Part shown: one piece after another, positions 46,080-54,868 of the stretch
How positions within the stretch are numbered: position 1 is the stretch's first letter
Layout: the number at the start of each line of letters is the position of its first letter
Source: Chloroflexota bacterium
Lineage (GTDB): Bacteria; Chloroflexota; Dehalococcoidia; DSTF01; RBG-16-68-14
NCBI GenBank assembly: GCA_029262675.1
Contig: JAJCYW010000010.1
Coordinates: 129,166-193,165, forward strand
Direction: 5' to 3'
Length of the DNA: 64,000 nt
Position numbers and translations under genes: made by a program
The notes under the pieces: generated by a model
What the model saw: only the letters and a program-made list of their open reading frames with translations
What the model was told of the DNA's origin: nothing
Database searches by the model: none

Positions 46080-48941
46080 CTAGTTCAGCCCCAGCCAGCT
46101 CCAGAACACGCCTCCACTGGAGGCGCCTCCTCCGGAGCTCGATCCGGCCGGGAAGCCAGAGATCAGCCCGGAAGCCTTCTGCAGAATCAACAGCGAGTCG
46201 AACGGGTCGATATTGCCGTCGTCGTTGACGTCAGCCGCGGCCGGGAACGGCACGGTTGACAGGCCGATCACCTCGAACAGGACCCAGAGCGAGTCGATCG
46301 GGTTGATGACGCCGTCGCCGTTCACGTCGCCCAGCTCGGGCGTCCCGGGCAGCGGGCTTGTCGAGACGCCGAAGTTCCACGAGCTGGCCGTCGAGGTCAG
46401 CACCGTGATCTGGATGTCGCCCGCGGCGGGGCCGATCAGCAGGTTCCGCTTGGAGATGCAGGGGTCAGGCTGGGCCTTGGTCGCCGGGCCGTTGCAGTTC
46501 GGCACCAGCACGCCGCCCTTGAACACCGGCAGCGTCTGCGCCGTCGTTCCCTGCGGGATGATGGACGAATCGAGCGTGAAGACGATGATGAGCGGCAGTT
46601 GCGACGTGCCGGACGGCGCGCTGATGTTCACCTGCTGTCCGAACAGCGTGAAGCCGCTGGGGGCGGGCTGGATGATGACCTTCTCAAGGATAGTCACCAC
46701 ACCGCCGACGGGCAGCGTAACGCTCGTTTCGAGCGGGTCTTCGGGGATCGCGCCGTCGCCCTCCTTGTCGGTCGTCACCAGGCCGCCGGGCGGCACTTCC
46801 TCCGACTGCGAATCCGGCAGCGCCGGCGTGTTGGTCGGCGTCGACGTTGGCGTTTCGGTCGGCGTTGGCGTGTCCGTCGGCACGGGCGTGTTCGTGGCCG
46901 TCGGCGTGAAGGTGTTGGTCACCGTCGGGCAGACATCGGGGCAGGGCGTGTGCGTCGGCGTCGGCGACTCCAGCGGCGTGGCCGTCGGCGTCGGCGTCAC
47001 CGTCGGCGCCGGCGCGTCGATGCAGTTGATGCGCAGCAAGTCCACGTACGGGAGTGTCGCGGTGTTATCGCCGAGGATGCCGTCACCGTCGCCGTCATAG
47101 ACGTGTTCGCCCAGCGGGTCCATGACAATCAACTCGATTTCGGGCAGGACGTCCCCAGCGTTGACCGTGTCGTAGAACGCGGAACCCGTGAGCCGCTGGG
47201 TGAAGATTGGGGTGCCATCGATGGGGTTCTTCGCGTACCCCGTCAGGAGCACGGGGACTTGCTGCACGGCCGTGCAGTGGACCTGCATCCGGACGAGCGT
47301 GCCGACCCGGTTCGACGCCGGGAACGGCGGTTCGTCGTCGGTCTTGGCCACGTGCCGCCGTTCCAACGGCTGGGCGGGGGATACGGTTGTCATGTTTGTA
47401 AACGCCTCGCAGACGAAGCCCGCCACGGCATCTGGCCGCCAGACGATCTCGTCAAAGCAGGAGCGCTCCTGGTGCTTGAGTCCGTTGAAGAAGACCTCGG
47501 TTTGGAACCCGCCGTAGCCGTCCGGGATCGAGTTCGCCTCGATCAGGATCTCGAACTTGCCGGACTCCGGGTCCTCCTCGGTGAACGGCGCCGTACACTT
47601 CTGAGGCTTTTCCGCCGTATCGCACGTGATGATGCCCGGGCCGTATGCGGTGAGCGAAAGCTCCGGCGGCGGCACCTCGCAGTTGATCGTGAGCACGTCG
47701 GCGTGCGGGCTGTTGACGGCGGCCACCTCGATCGTGCCGTCGTCCTCGTCGAAGAAGGCCGCGCCGTGCAGGTTCGCGATCGATAGCCTCTTCAGCGTTA
47801 CGGTCTGCGCGCCCGCCTGCGTGCAGTGCAGGTCGAGCTCGACGATGGTGCCCCTGTGCGTGCTGTTGGGGAACGTCGGCGCGGCGGCGCTGCGCGCCGT
47901 GTGGCGGATGAACTGGCCGAAGTTTTGGCCTGTGCACTCGTCGACGCTGGAGAGTTGCGGCCAGACGACCTCATCGTCGCAGTCCGGGCGCTGATTCCAG
48001 GCCAGGCCGCTGCTGAGCTGGACCTCTGTCTGGAAGCCGCCGTAGCCGTCCGGCGTCGGGATCGTGTTGACGTTGACCGCGACCGTGAACTCCCCCTGCT
48101 TGGTCTGGCCGGGGTAGTAGTCCGCTGTGCACGTCGCCGGCTTGGGCAGCGGCGTCGGCGTTGGCGTGCCGGCGCCGGTGTCTTCGACGCAGTCGAGTTC
48201 CGGCGCGTCCAGCGACATGATCGGGTTGGGCTGCGGCGTCGGCGTCGGCGTGTCGGTTGGCGTGTTCGTCGCCGTTGCCGTATTGGTAACTGTGGGCGTG
48301 TTCGAGGCCGTTGGCGTGGCGGTGGGGGTGTTGGTCGGTTCTGGCATCGGTGTGTGGGTGGGCAAGGTTCCGCCCGCCCCGCAGTTGACGATTATAAAAC
48401 TGCCAGGAACGGCGATATTGCCCAGGGCTGCGTCCGCGTATGCGGCGCCGCTGGTACCGGCGGGCGGGTCATTGAACGACACCAAAGTGATCTTATGTGA
48501 GCTGTCGCCCGACGTGCAGTTGAATTCGAAGGTGAACAGGTCGCCCTTGTAGAAGCTCGGGGGCGGGCTGATAAGTCCGGATAGGCAGCCACGGCCAGTG
48601 GTCGTGGCCGTGGACTGAGAAACGTCTGCGGCGTTGCATTCAGGCCACACAGTGGTGGACTGCTTGAACGTCAGGCCGGTAGCGCCGAAATCCAGGAACG
48701 CTTGCGTGCCGACGTAACCGTTCGTTGTCGGAACGGCGTCGCCGGTCACGGTGACCGTGAAGGCGCCGTTGAGGGCGACATTGTTAGAGGCGACGCTCAT
48801 GCTCATCGCCGCGCCGTCCACGGTGGACTGCGCAGTGTTGACCTGCTGGGCTACGATGAGAAGGACCGCCGCGACGGCTGCCATCAAGAGGAGTCCCGCA
48901 ACCGCCATCCGTCCGGATTCCTGCTGCATTTGAGTTAGCAT
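46080..48941 (-). CDS. Secreted modular protein A: signal/TM + 3 copies of the recurring N-domain family + PT-rich linkers + C-terminal dockerin
   Basis: ATG 48941 with GAGAAGGAAGG RBS. Copy 1 (GAAMSMSV...GYVGTQAFLDFG...VWPEC...GCLSGLISPP...AGTSGAAYAD) is nearly identical to the N-domain of the gene G protein; two diverged copies (DGYGGFQTEV...VVWPQL / ...VWRPD). Linkers PTNTPTATPTASNTPT, TPTPTATPLESPTPTHTP. Dockerin GDVNGDGVINPIDSLWVLFEV...DVNDDGNIDPFDSLLILQ. Confidence 0.7.
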   Translation of the reverse strand: MLTQMQQESGRMAVAGLLLMAAVAAVLLIVAQQVNTAQSTVDGAAMSMSVASNNVALNGAFTVTVTGDAVPTTNGYVGTQAFLDFGATGLTFKQSTTVWPECNAADVSQSTATTTGRGCLSGLISPPPSFYKGDLFTFEFNCTSGDSSHKITLVSFNDPPAGTSGAAYADAALGNIAVPGSFIIVNCGAGGTLPTHTPMPEPTNTPTATPTASNTPTVTNTATATNTPTDTPTPTPQPNPIMSLDAPELDCVEDTGAGTPTPTPLPKPATCTADYYPGQTKQGEFTVAVNVNTIPTPDGYGGFQTEVQLSSGLAWNQRPDCDDEVVWPQLSSVDECTGQNFGQFIRHTARSAAAPTFPNSTHRGTIVELDLHCTQAGAQTVTLKRLSIANLHGAAFFDEDDGTIEVAAVNSPHADVLTINCEVPPPELSLTAYGPGIITCDTAEKPQKCTAPFTEEDPESGKFEILIEANSIPDGYGGFQTEVFFNGLKHQERSCFDEIVWRPDAVAGFVCEAFTNMTTVSPAQPLERRHVAKTDDEPPFPASNRVGTLVRMQVHCTAVQQVPVLLTGYAKNPIDGTPIFTQRLTGSAFYDTVNAGDVLPEIELIVMDPLGEHVYDGDGDGILGDNTATLPYVDLLRINCIDAPAPTVTPTPTATPLESPTPTHTPCPDVCPTVTNTFTPTATNTPVPTDTPTPTETPTSTPTNTPALPDSQSEEVPPGGLVTTDKEGDGAIPEDPLETSVTLPVGGVVTILEKVIIQPAPSGFTLFGQQVNISAPSGTSQLPLIIVFTLDSSIIPQGTTAQTLPVFKGGVLVPNCNGPATKAQPDPCISKRNLLIGPAAGDIQITVLTSTASSWNFGVSTSPLPGTPELGDVNGDGVINPIDSLWVLFEVIGLSTVPFPAAADVNDDGNIDPFDSLLILQKASGLISGFPAGSSSGGGASSGGVFWSWLGLN

Positions 48942-49361
48942 CTGCGGACCTTCCTTCTCTGCCCCACCCCAACTGTTGCCCGCATCGGCAGGGGAGCCGT
49001 GTCCGGCAGTTCCCTACATACGAGACGGCGGCCGGGCGCGTCAGCCACCCCCACCCGGTCTCTGCGGCGAACGCGTTGGCCCGGCGATTCCCTCGCCGGC
49101 CGGCCCGACAGTCTTACTATAGTCCTACTATCGGCATGCTGCATCGCGGGCCAATTACTCAGCCGATTCGTACCCGCAGCTTCCGGTTAGTTTACCATAC
49201 GGATTATCGTATCCCTAGGGTGTTAAATCCCTTAGGCGTGGTCCTCAAAACCCTTAGAATCTAGAGGAATCCCCCTAGTTCCGTAGCTTGCGGGAACCGC
49301 TAGGCCTGCGCGGCAGCCTCCCCGGCGGGATCCGGGCGCGGGGCGGGCTCCCTACGCCATC

Positions 49362-50366
49362 TCAGCGGCAGATGAAGAGGTTCGCCTCTATTTGAAGGAT
49401 CAGCAGCGCGTCGATCGGCCCGGTGCGGCCATCGCCGTTCAGGTCGTCGCTGAACGGAACGAAGTCGATGACGCCCGTCGTCAGCCAGAGCACCCAGAGG
49501 GCGTCCTGGCTGTTGACCAGGCCGTTGCCGTCGATATCGCCGCAGGGCCGCGGCCGAGGCGTAGCGGTTGCGGGATCGAGCGTCGGCGTCGCGGTCACGG
49601 CCGGCGTCGGCGTTGGCGTCGTAGTCGGGGTCGGCGTTGCCGTGGGCGTAGGGGTGGGCGTCAGCGTGGGGCCGCCGGGCGTAATCGTCGGCAGCGGGGT
49701 GGGCGTCGGCGGCTCGCCGCAGATGATCGTGATGTTCGTCAGCTTGGGGATAGTGTCAACTTGAGAGTCGTTGACAAAGATCGTAATCTGTGATCCGCTG
49801 GTTCCCTGAGACGTGTTCGGAGGAATGACGCCATCATACGGCAACTGCACGACATCGCTGATGGTGTCCGTGCTGGAGCAGGTCATGCTGATGTGCACGA
49901 AGTCCCCGGCGAATGTGCTGATCGGCTGCGGCGGAAGTAATCCTGAGAGGCAGCCGTGGCCCACGTTGTAGATTGGCTGACCTGGCCCCGCCAGGTTGTC
50001 GAACTCCGGCCGCTGGGCGGTTTGCCCTACACAGTCCGGCCACACGATCTCATCGGCAGCTAGGCCGGTTCTGTTGTACGTCAGGTGTTCGCCGTAGCGG
50101 ACGAACGACTGCACGGCTACATACCCGCTGCTCGGGGCAGTGACGATCTTCACGGCCAGCGTGAACGTCTCGTCGAGCTCTAGCTGGCAGGTGCCCTCGC
50201 AGTCGCCGTCGGCCGCGATCACCGTGAGCGCCATCTCCGGGCCGCCGGACGTGGCGGACGTGGACGGCAGTTGGCCGCTGAGGAAGAGCGCGGCGGCGGC
50301 CAGCGCCACCACGGCAACGCCCGCGGCGGCGATGCGTCCGGCCCGTGGCCGCGATCGCGTGCTCAT
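49362..50366 (-). CDS. Secreted protein B: signal + N-domain + PT linker + dockerin
   Basis: SGGPEMALTV...GYVAVQSFVRYG...IVWPDC...HGCLSGLLPPQP...; TPTPTPTATPTPTTTPTPTP; dockerin CGDIDGNGLVNSQDALWVLW...DLNGDGRTGPIDALLILQ. Confidence 0.7.
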   Translation of the reverse strand: MSTRSRPRAGRIAAAGVAVVALAAAALFLSGQLPSTSATSGGPEMALTVIAADGDCEGTCQLELDETFTLAVKIVTAPSSGYVAVQSFVRYGEHLTYNRTGLAADEIVWPDCVGQTAQRPEFDNLAGPGQPIYNVGHGCLSGLLPPQPISTFAGDFVHISMTCSSTDTISDVVQLPYDGVIPPNTSQGTSGSQITIFVNDSQVDTIPKLTNITIICGEPPTPTPLPTITPGGPTLTPTPTPTATPTPTTTPTPTPAVTATPTLDPATATPRPRPCGDIDGNGLVNSQDALWVLWLTTGVIDFVPFSDDLNGDGRTGPIDALLILQIEANLFICR

Positions 50367-50565
50367 CTGGTGGCGGCTCCTGAATCGGCTGCTAGTCGAG
50401 TCATCCGAATTGCAGTATATCGCGTGCGTGCCGGTTGAGTCGTCATCCGCCGCTGACAGGAGAAGGGCTCGCTAGCGGCGGATGCAGTAAGGGCGTCCCG
50501 ACCATGTCGGGACGCCCCCCTGTTTAGTGCTCGTTGTTGCGTCTACGTACCTTCCTGAGCGCCCG

Positions 50566-51534
50566 TTACGCGGGTGGCACGCAGAAATCGCTGCCGTTGC
50601 CGGCCACGATCTGGAGGATCAACGCGGCGTCGATCGAGTTGACGACTCGGTCGCCGTCGATATCTCCGATCAGATCGAGAAGGCTGTCCTGGTTGTTGTC
50701 CTTGAGCGGTAGCAACGCCTCGACGAGCCCGGCGTCGAACCACAGCACCCAGAGCGCGTCCAGCGTGCTGATTTCACCATCGCGGTTGACGTCGCCGCAG
50801 ACAAAGTCCGGAACCGGCGTCGCTGTCGGCGGTACCGGCGTGTCCGTCGCCGGAGCCGGCGTGTCTGTCGGGCCAGGCGTGGCTGTCGGGCCGGATGTCG
50901 TCGGCGTGGCCTCGACAGGCGCCGTCGTTGGCGTTTCTGGCGGCGCGCCCGCACCGCAGGTGATGGAGAGGGTGCTCACCTTGGCGGGTATGACTTCGGC
51001 TCCGGCGGAGAAACCGGTGCCGCTGGTACCGGCGACAGGGTCGCCTGCCGGCAGCAGCGCTACGTCCGTCGTACTGGGGCCCGCGGAGCACGTGATTGAT
51101 ACCTCTGCGAAGCTGCCGGTGGCGGTGCTGAGCGGCAGCGGCGGAATCAGGCCAGTGAGGCAGCCGTGGTTGACGGTGGTCGGCCCGCCCGGCTGGTCGT
51201 GCAAGGCCACCGCGTCGGTGCAGTCCGGCCAGAGGATTTCGTCAGCAGCGGCCACCGCTGCGAGGTCGTAGGACAGGTCGCTGCCGAAGTCGATGAACGA
51301 CTGGGCGCCGACGTAGCCGCCTGCCAGCCCCTCGATGATCTCGACCGTGAGCGTAAACTTCGCGCTGTTATCGAACGTGCAGTCTGCGGCGCAGCCTTCG
51401 GCCGTCAGCCGCATCTCCGGGCCGCTACTGGCGGCCGAGGTGGTCTGAATCTGGTCGGCGAGGAAGAATGCCGTCGCCACGAGGGCGAGCACAGCCGCCA
51501 GCCCGAAGCCCAGATATGTTCTCTTTAGTTGCAT
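50566..51534 (-). CDS. Secreted protein C: signal + N-domain + PT linker + dockerin
   Basis: ATG 51534 (MQLKRTYLGF...) with AAGGAGG 7 nt upstream. SSGPEMRLTA...GYVGAQSFIDFG...ILWPDC...HGCLTGLIPPLP; dockerin CGDVNRDGEISTLDALWVLW...DIDGDRVVNSIDAALILQ. Confidence 0.7.
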   Translation of the reverse strand: MQLKRTYLGFGLAAVLALVATAFFLADQIQTTSAASSGPEMRLTAEGCAADCTFDNSAKFTLTVEIIEGLAGGYVGAQSFIDFGSDLSYDLAAVAAADEILWPDCTDAVALHDQPGGPTTVNHGCLTGLIPPLPLSTATGSFAEVSITCSAGPSTTDVALLPAGDPVAGTSGTGFSAGAEVIPAKVSTLSITCGAGAPPETPTTAPVEATPTTSGPTATPGPTDTPAPATDTPVPPTATPVPDFVCGDVNRDGEISTLDALWVLWFDAGLVEALLPLKDNNQDSLLDLIGDIDGDRVVNSIDAALILQIVAGNGSDFCVPPA

Positions 51535-51570
51535 CGTGTAACCTCCTTGCATATCTCGCTTCGAGACGCG

Positions 51571-52362
51571 CTACTGTACGCGGCGGCCTGCGATTACGCG
51601 CAGGCCGAACGTGGAGAGCCCCGTCGCGCTGATCGCCAGCAGAGCTGCGATTACTGCCCACATGCCTGTTCCGAACCCGCTGTCGCCGGTGGCGCTGAAT
51701 GTACCCGTGTCCGGCAGACCAGTCGGACCAGTCGGCCCGGGCGGTGGCGCCTCGCCACAGTTGACGATTACGGAGTCCGTCTTGGTCGGCACGTCTACTT
51801 GTGTATCGCCCTCATAGAAGGCGAACGCGGCGCCGCTGGTCCGGCCGGCGGATAGCGGCATCAGGCGCACGGCCGTGTGCGAGTAGGTGTCTGAGCACTC
51901 CAGGTCGATTTCAAGCAGCGTGCCCGTGTAGCTGCTCTCAGGGAGCGGCGGGAGCAGGCCCGTGAGGCCGCCATGGGTGATCTCGCCTGCCCCTACATCG
52001 CCTCTGATGATTACATCTTCGGATACTGCGTCGGGCCACAGGAACTCATCCGCCGGTTCCGGCCGCGCGACGTAAGTCAGGTCCAGGCCGTAGTCGATGA
52101 ACGTTTGTACCAGAACGTAGCCCTCGATCGGCGCCGTGACGACGTCGACCGTGACCGTTATCTCGCCGCCCAGATCCACGTCACACTCGCCGCCGCTGCA
52201 ATCGACGCCGGGGCCGGATACGCTGATGGCCATCTCCGGACCGATGCCGGCAGCGCTCGCGGTGGGTGCGGCGGTCTGGCCCCATGCCAGCACCAGCATC
52301 GCCATGAGCGGGATACCCAACAGCGCGGTGCTGCGTAGCCCTAATCGTTTCCGCACTTCCAT
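51571..52362 (-). CDS. Surface protein D: signal + N-domain + C-terminal LPDTG sortase sorting signal, no dockerin
   Basis: ATG 52362 (MEVRKRLGL...) with GGAAGGGAG RBS. GIGPEMAISV...GYVLVQTFIDYG...FLWPDA...HGGLTGLLPPLP. C-terminus GLPDTGTFSATGDSGFGTGMWAVIAALLAISATGLSTFGLRVIAGRRVQ. Confidence 0.7.
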   Translation of the reverse strand: MEVRKRLGLRSTALLGIPLMAMLVLAWGQTAAPTASAAGIGPEMAISVSGPGVDCSGGECDVDLGGEITVTVDVVTAPIEGYVLVQTFIDYGLDLTYVARPEPADEFLWPDAVSEDVIIRGDVGAGEITHGGLTGLLPPLPESSYTGTLLEIDLECSDTYSHTAVRLMPLSAGRTSGAAFAFYEGDTQVDVPTKTDSVIVNCGEAPPPGPTGPTGLPDTGTFSATGDSGFGTGMWAVIAALLAISATGLSTFGLRVIAGRRVQ

Positions 52363-52705
52363 GTTAGCTCCCTTCCTTCTACTCTTCCCTAAGTCTCGCG
52401 GCGTCCCTGGCCGGCGCACCCCTAAGCGGGGCCGCTTCGGCTGCGATCCGAAAGGTCGTGTGGCCCCCGCCACATCTTCCCCATAAGCACTGCCCCATGC
52501 CCAAACGTACCGGCGGAAGGGGCAGTAGCTGCGCCTAGCCTAGCGTATCCGGGGAGTTAATACTAGCCCCTCCGCGCAAGCCGGCCAGACGCTTCCACGT
52601 GGCTTCGGCATTATCATACTCGATTCGCGCAACTGCGCAAGGTGCGATTCTGGCTTACATGTCCGTGCTCTCATCTGTCGCACCAATGCGTCTCATTGAT
52701 GACGG

Positions 52706-52740
52706 CCGGAGAGCCGCCCTCGATTGGCGGCTCTCCCCGG
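52706..52740. terminator. Hairpin CCGGAGAGCCGCC-ctcgatt-GGCGGCTCTCCCCGG 3' of gene E
   Basis: Read directly, 24 nt downstream of the E stop on the minus strand. No clear U-run. Confidence 0.35.
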
Positions 52741-52763
52741 CGTTTCAGATAGATCTCCGGGTG

Positions 52764-53549
52764 TTAATTCACGCACGGCACCTGATACTGCGTGATGGCG
52801 CCCAGGATGTCAAGGAGAAGGTCGATTGCGCCGTCGTCGTTGATGTCGAAGGCCGGATCGTACGGCGGGGCTCCACTAGGAGCGTAGTGCTGAATGATGC
52901 CCAGGATGTCGTTCAGCAGGTCGACGATGCCGTCTCCGTTTGTATCGGCGCAGCCCATGAACAGGAGGGTTGATGACAGGACGCTTACTCCAGGGATCTG
53001 CCCGATGTCATCGGGGTCCGCCGGCGTGTTGATCAGGTACGAACCAGTCAGGTCCAGCGCGGTTCCCGGACCCATGATCGAGCCCGGATCGAGCGTCAGC
53101 TTCGCCAGGAGGCCGGTGCCTTGCACGCCGAAGGGAGGCACGTGGTCGATGGTAACGCAGTCCACGAAGACGTGGTTGGCCTCTATCGTCGGTGAAGGAC
53201 AGGATGGGCTTCGGCCGGATCCGGCAAGCCACGTGGTGTACGGCACCCAGGTTACGGCCGTCGCCAGCGAATCGTCGAATGCGATGTCGACGCGGAAGCC
53301 GGAGGCGCCTCCGGGCTCCTTCACGCTGACGGCCCAGACATAGATGTCTCGGTCAATGCCATCCGGGGAGACGACGATAGAGGACGCGCGGACGGGACTT
53401 ACGTCGGAGTAGCTCAACAAGATCTGCGTGGTCCCCGCACTTTCCGCGGGGTTGCTATCTTGAGCGATCCCCACTGTGGCGAAGACGAGCGCTCCAACCA
53501 GCAATCCGATCTTCGCGAATCCTCGCAATGGCTTTGTCAGTCGGTTCAC
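52764..53549 (-). CDS. Secreted adaptor-like protein E: signal + cohesin-like module + dockerin
   Basis: GTG 53549 (VNRLTKPLRGFAKIGLLVGALVFATV...) with AGGAGG 7 nt upstream. Cohesin-like hallmarks GASGFRVDIAFDDSLATAVTW and GTGLLAKLTLDPG. Dockerin CADTNGDGIVDLLNDILGII...DINDDGAIDLLLDILGAI. Confidence 0.6.
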   Translation of the reverse strand: MNRLTKPLRGFAKIGLLVGALVFATVGIAQDSNPAESAGTTQILLSYSDVSPVRASSIVVSPDGIDRDIYVWAVSVKEPGGASGFRVDIAFDDSLATAVTWVPYTTWLAGSGRSPSCPSPTIEANHVFVDCVTIDHVPPFGVQGTGLLAKLTLDPGSIMGPGTALDLTGSYLINTPADPDDIGQIPGVSVLSSTLLFMGCADTNGDGIVDLLNDILGIIQHYAPSGAPPYDPAFDINDDGAIDLLLDILGAITQYQVPCVN

Positions 53550-53607
53550 GGCTTGTACCTCCTGCTTCCGAATGCGTTGCATACGGGAACTGGCTCCCCC
53601 CGAAGCT

Positions 53608-54549
53608 CTATGATTCTCCCCTGTGCATGATGCGCCGCCGCAAGAAGCCTGCCGCCAGTCCCGCTGCCGTGAGGCCGCCAAGGCCAACGAGGATCCAGAG
53701 TGTGACAGCGCCGTTTGCGTTCCCGTCGTCATCGGGGGCGCTGATGCTCGGTGTAGGTGTGCCGATTTCAGAAACGGCCGTGTCTGTCGCTGTCGGCGTG
53801 CCATCCGCCGCGGGAGTCGTCGGCGCCGGCGAGGCGCCCGCAGTCGGCGACTGCACGGTTGCCGGTTCGATTGTTGTCGTGGCGTTCGTTCCTGGCGTGT
53901 CTGTTGCGACCTGCGGCGAAGACGTAGCCGTGGGCGGTGCGTTTCCGGTCACGCGGACCAGGCCGCCGACGACGTCCAGTGGTACCGGGTCTCCCAGCGG
54001 ACCCGAGAGTTGAGACGTCAGCAACAGCGGGCTGGAGCCCGCGCCCAGCGGCGTGAACGTCACGCTGGCAAGCGTGAGTTCGCCCTGCAGCCCCGGGATC
54101 GAATCGCTGGAAGACAGGCAGCCGAAGCGGACGCTGCCCGGCTCTACGCGCGGTGGCAGGCATTGGAACGGGCGGCTACTGGCTGCCAGCCCCGGGCCGG
54201 GCTCGAGGTGGTCCACAGCGACGACGGTCTCATCGAATTCGATGATGAACTCGAACGCGGCCATGCCGATCGATTCAACTTCGCGGTCCGGAACGGTATC
54301 GCGGTTGTCGTCGTAGAAGATCGCCCCGTGGTGGTCCAGGTCCTCCAGGACGATGAAGACGCCAAACGCACCGCTGTCCGCGTCGACGCTGGAGATGGCC
54401 GGCAGCAGCCGGACCGTTCCGTCTGCGGACTGCGCGCTGGTGGACTTAACTGCGATCGTCATAGCAATCAGCATAAGCGATGCCAGAAGCATCCAGATCA
54501 AGAGCGTGCGAGGCCGCGCGCGAGGCATCAGCGGGGCGGTCCGACCCAA
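53608..54549 (-). CDS. Membrane-anchored cohesin-like protein F: signal + cohesin-like module + PT linker + C-terminal TM anchor
   Basis: TTG 54549 with GGGAGGAAAC RBS. Cohesin hallmarks GMAAFEFIIEFDETVVAV and GLQGELTLASVTFTPLGAGSSPL. C-terminus TLWILVGLGGLTAAGLAAGFLRRRIMHRGES; no LPXTG. Confidence 0.6.
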   Translation of the reverse strand: MGRTAPLMPRARPRTLLIWMLLASLMLIAMTIAVKSTSAQSADGTVRLLPAISSVDADSGAFGVFIVLEDLDHHGAIFYDDNRDTVPDREVESIGMAAFEFIIEFDETVVAVDHLEPGPGLAASSRPFQCLPPRVEPGSVRFGCLSSSDSIPGLQGELTLASVTFTPLGAGSSPLLLTSQLSGPLGDPVPLDVVGGLVRVTGNAPPTATSSPQVATDTPGTNATTTIEPATVQSPTAGASPAPTTPAADGTPTATDTAVSEIGTPTPSISAPDDDGNANGAVTLWILVGLGGLTAAGLAAGFLRRRIMHRGES

Positions 54550-54734
54550 ACGTTTCCTCCCATCTACGAAAACGATGCGGACGTGGCGAATGTAACGCCC
54601 GTGCTCCTCTTTCTAGCATGTTCCGGCCCCTGTGCAATGCCATTTCCCGCAGTCATTGCTGCGGATCTTCAGCCCTACCCCCAATTCGGCGTAGGACTCA
54701 AGGCCCAAAGCATCTGTAATCTGCGAATAGATAA

Positions 54735-54777
54735 GGGCGGGGAAGCCGGAACTATGAGTCCGGTGCTCCCCCGCCCC
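54735..54777. terminator. GC-rich hairpin GGGCGGGGAAGCCGGA...TCCGGTGCTCCCCCGCCCC 3' of gene G
   Basis: Read directly, ~90 nt downstream of the G stop on the minus strand; followed on that strand by TTATCTATT. Confidence 0.4.
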
Positions 54778-54868
54778 ATCTTGGTCACTCCGTGACCTGC
54801 TGTATTCGCTTCTTTCCCCGCAACCGCTCTAGCTGGCTACGGAAAGAACTTGATGATCTAAAACCCCC

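Noticed and set aside
46599-48552. Long + strand ORFs opposite gene A (e.g. 46599-47786, 47826-48500) and opposite gene J (61018-61935, 62599-63423)
   Set aside because: Antisense to the PT-linker and Gly-rich coding repeats; translations are G/V/R polymers. The repeats are coding microsatellite-like sequence of the surface proteins, not a CRISPR array or separate genes.
53608-54549. LPXTG sorting signal in protein F
   Set aside because: C-terminus has hydrophobic helix + RRR tail but no LPxTG/LAxTG upstream; treated as a plain TM anchor.
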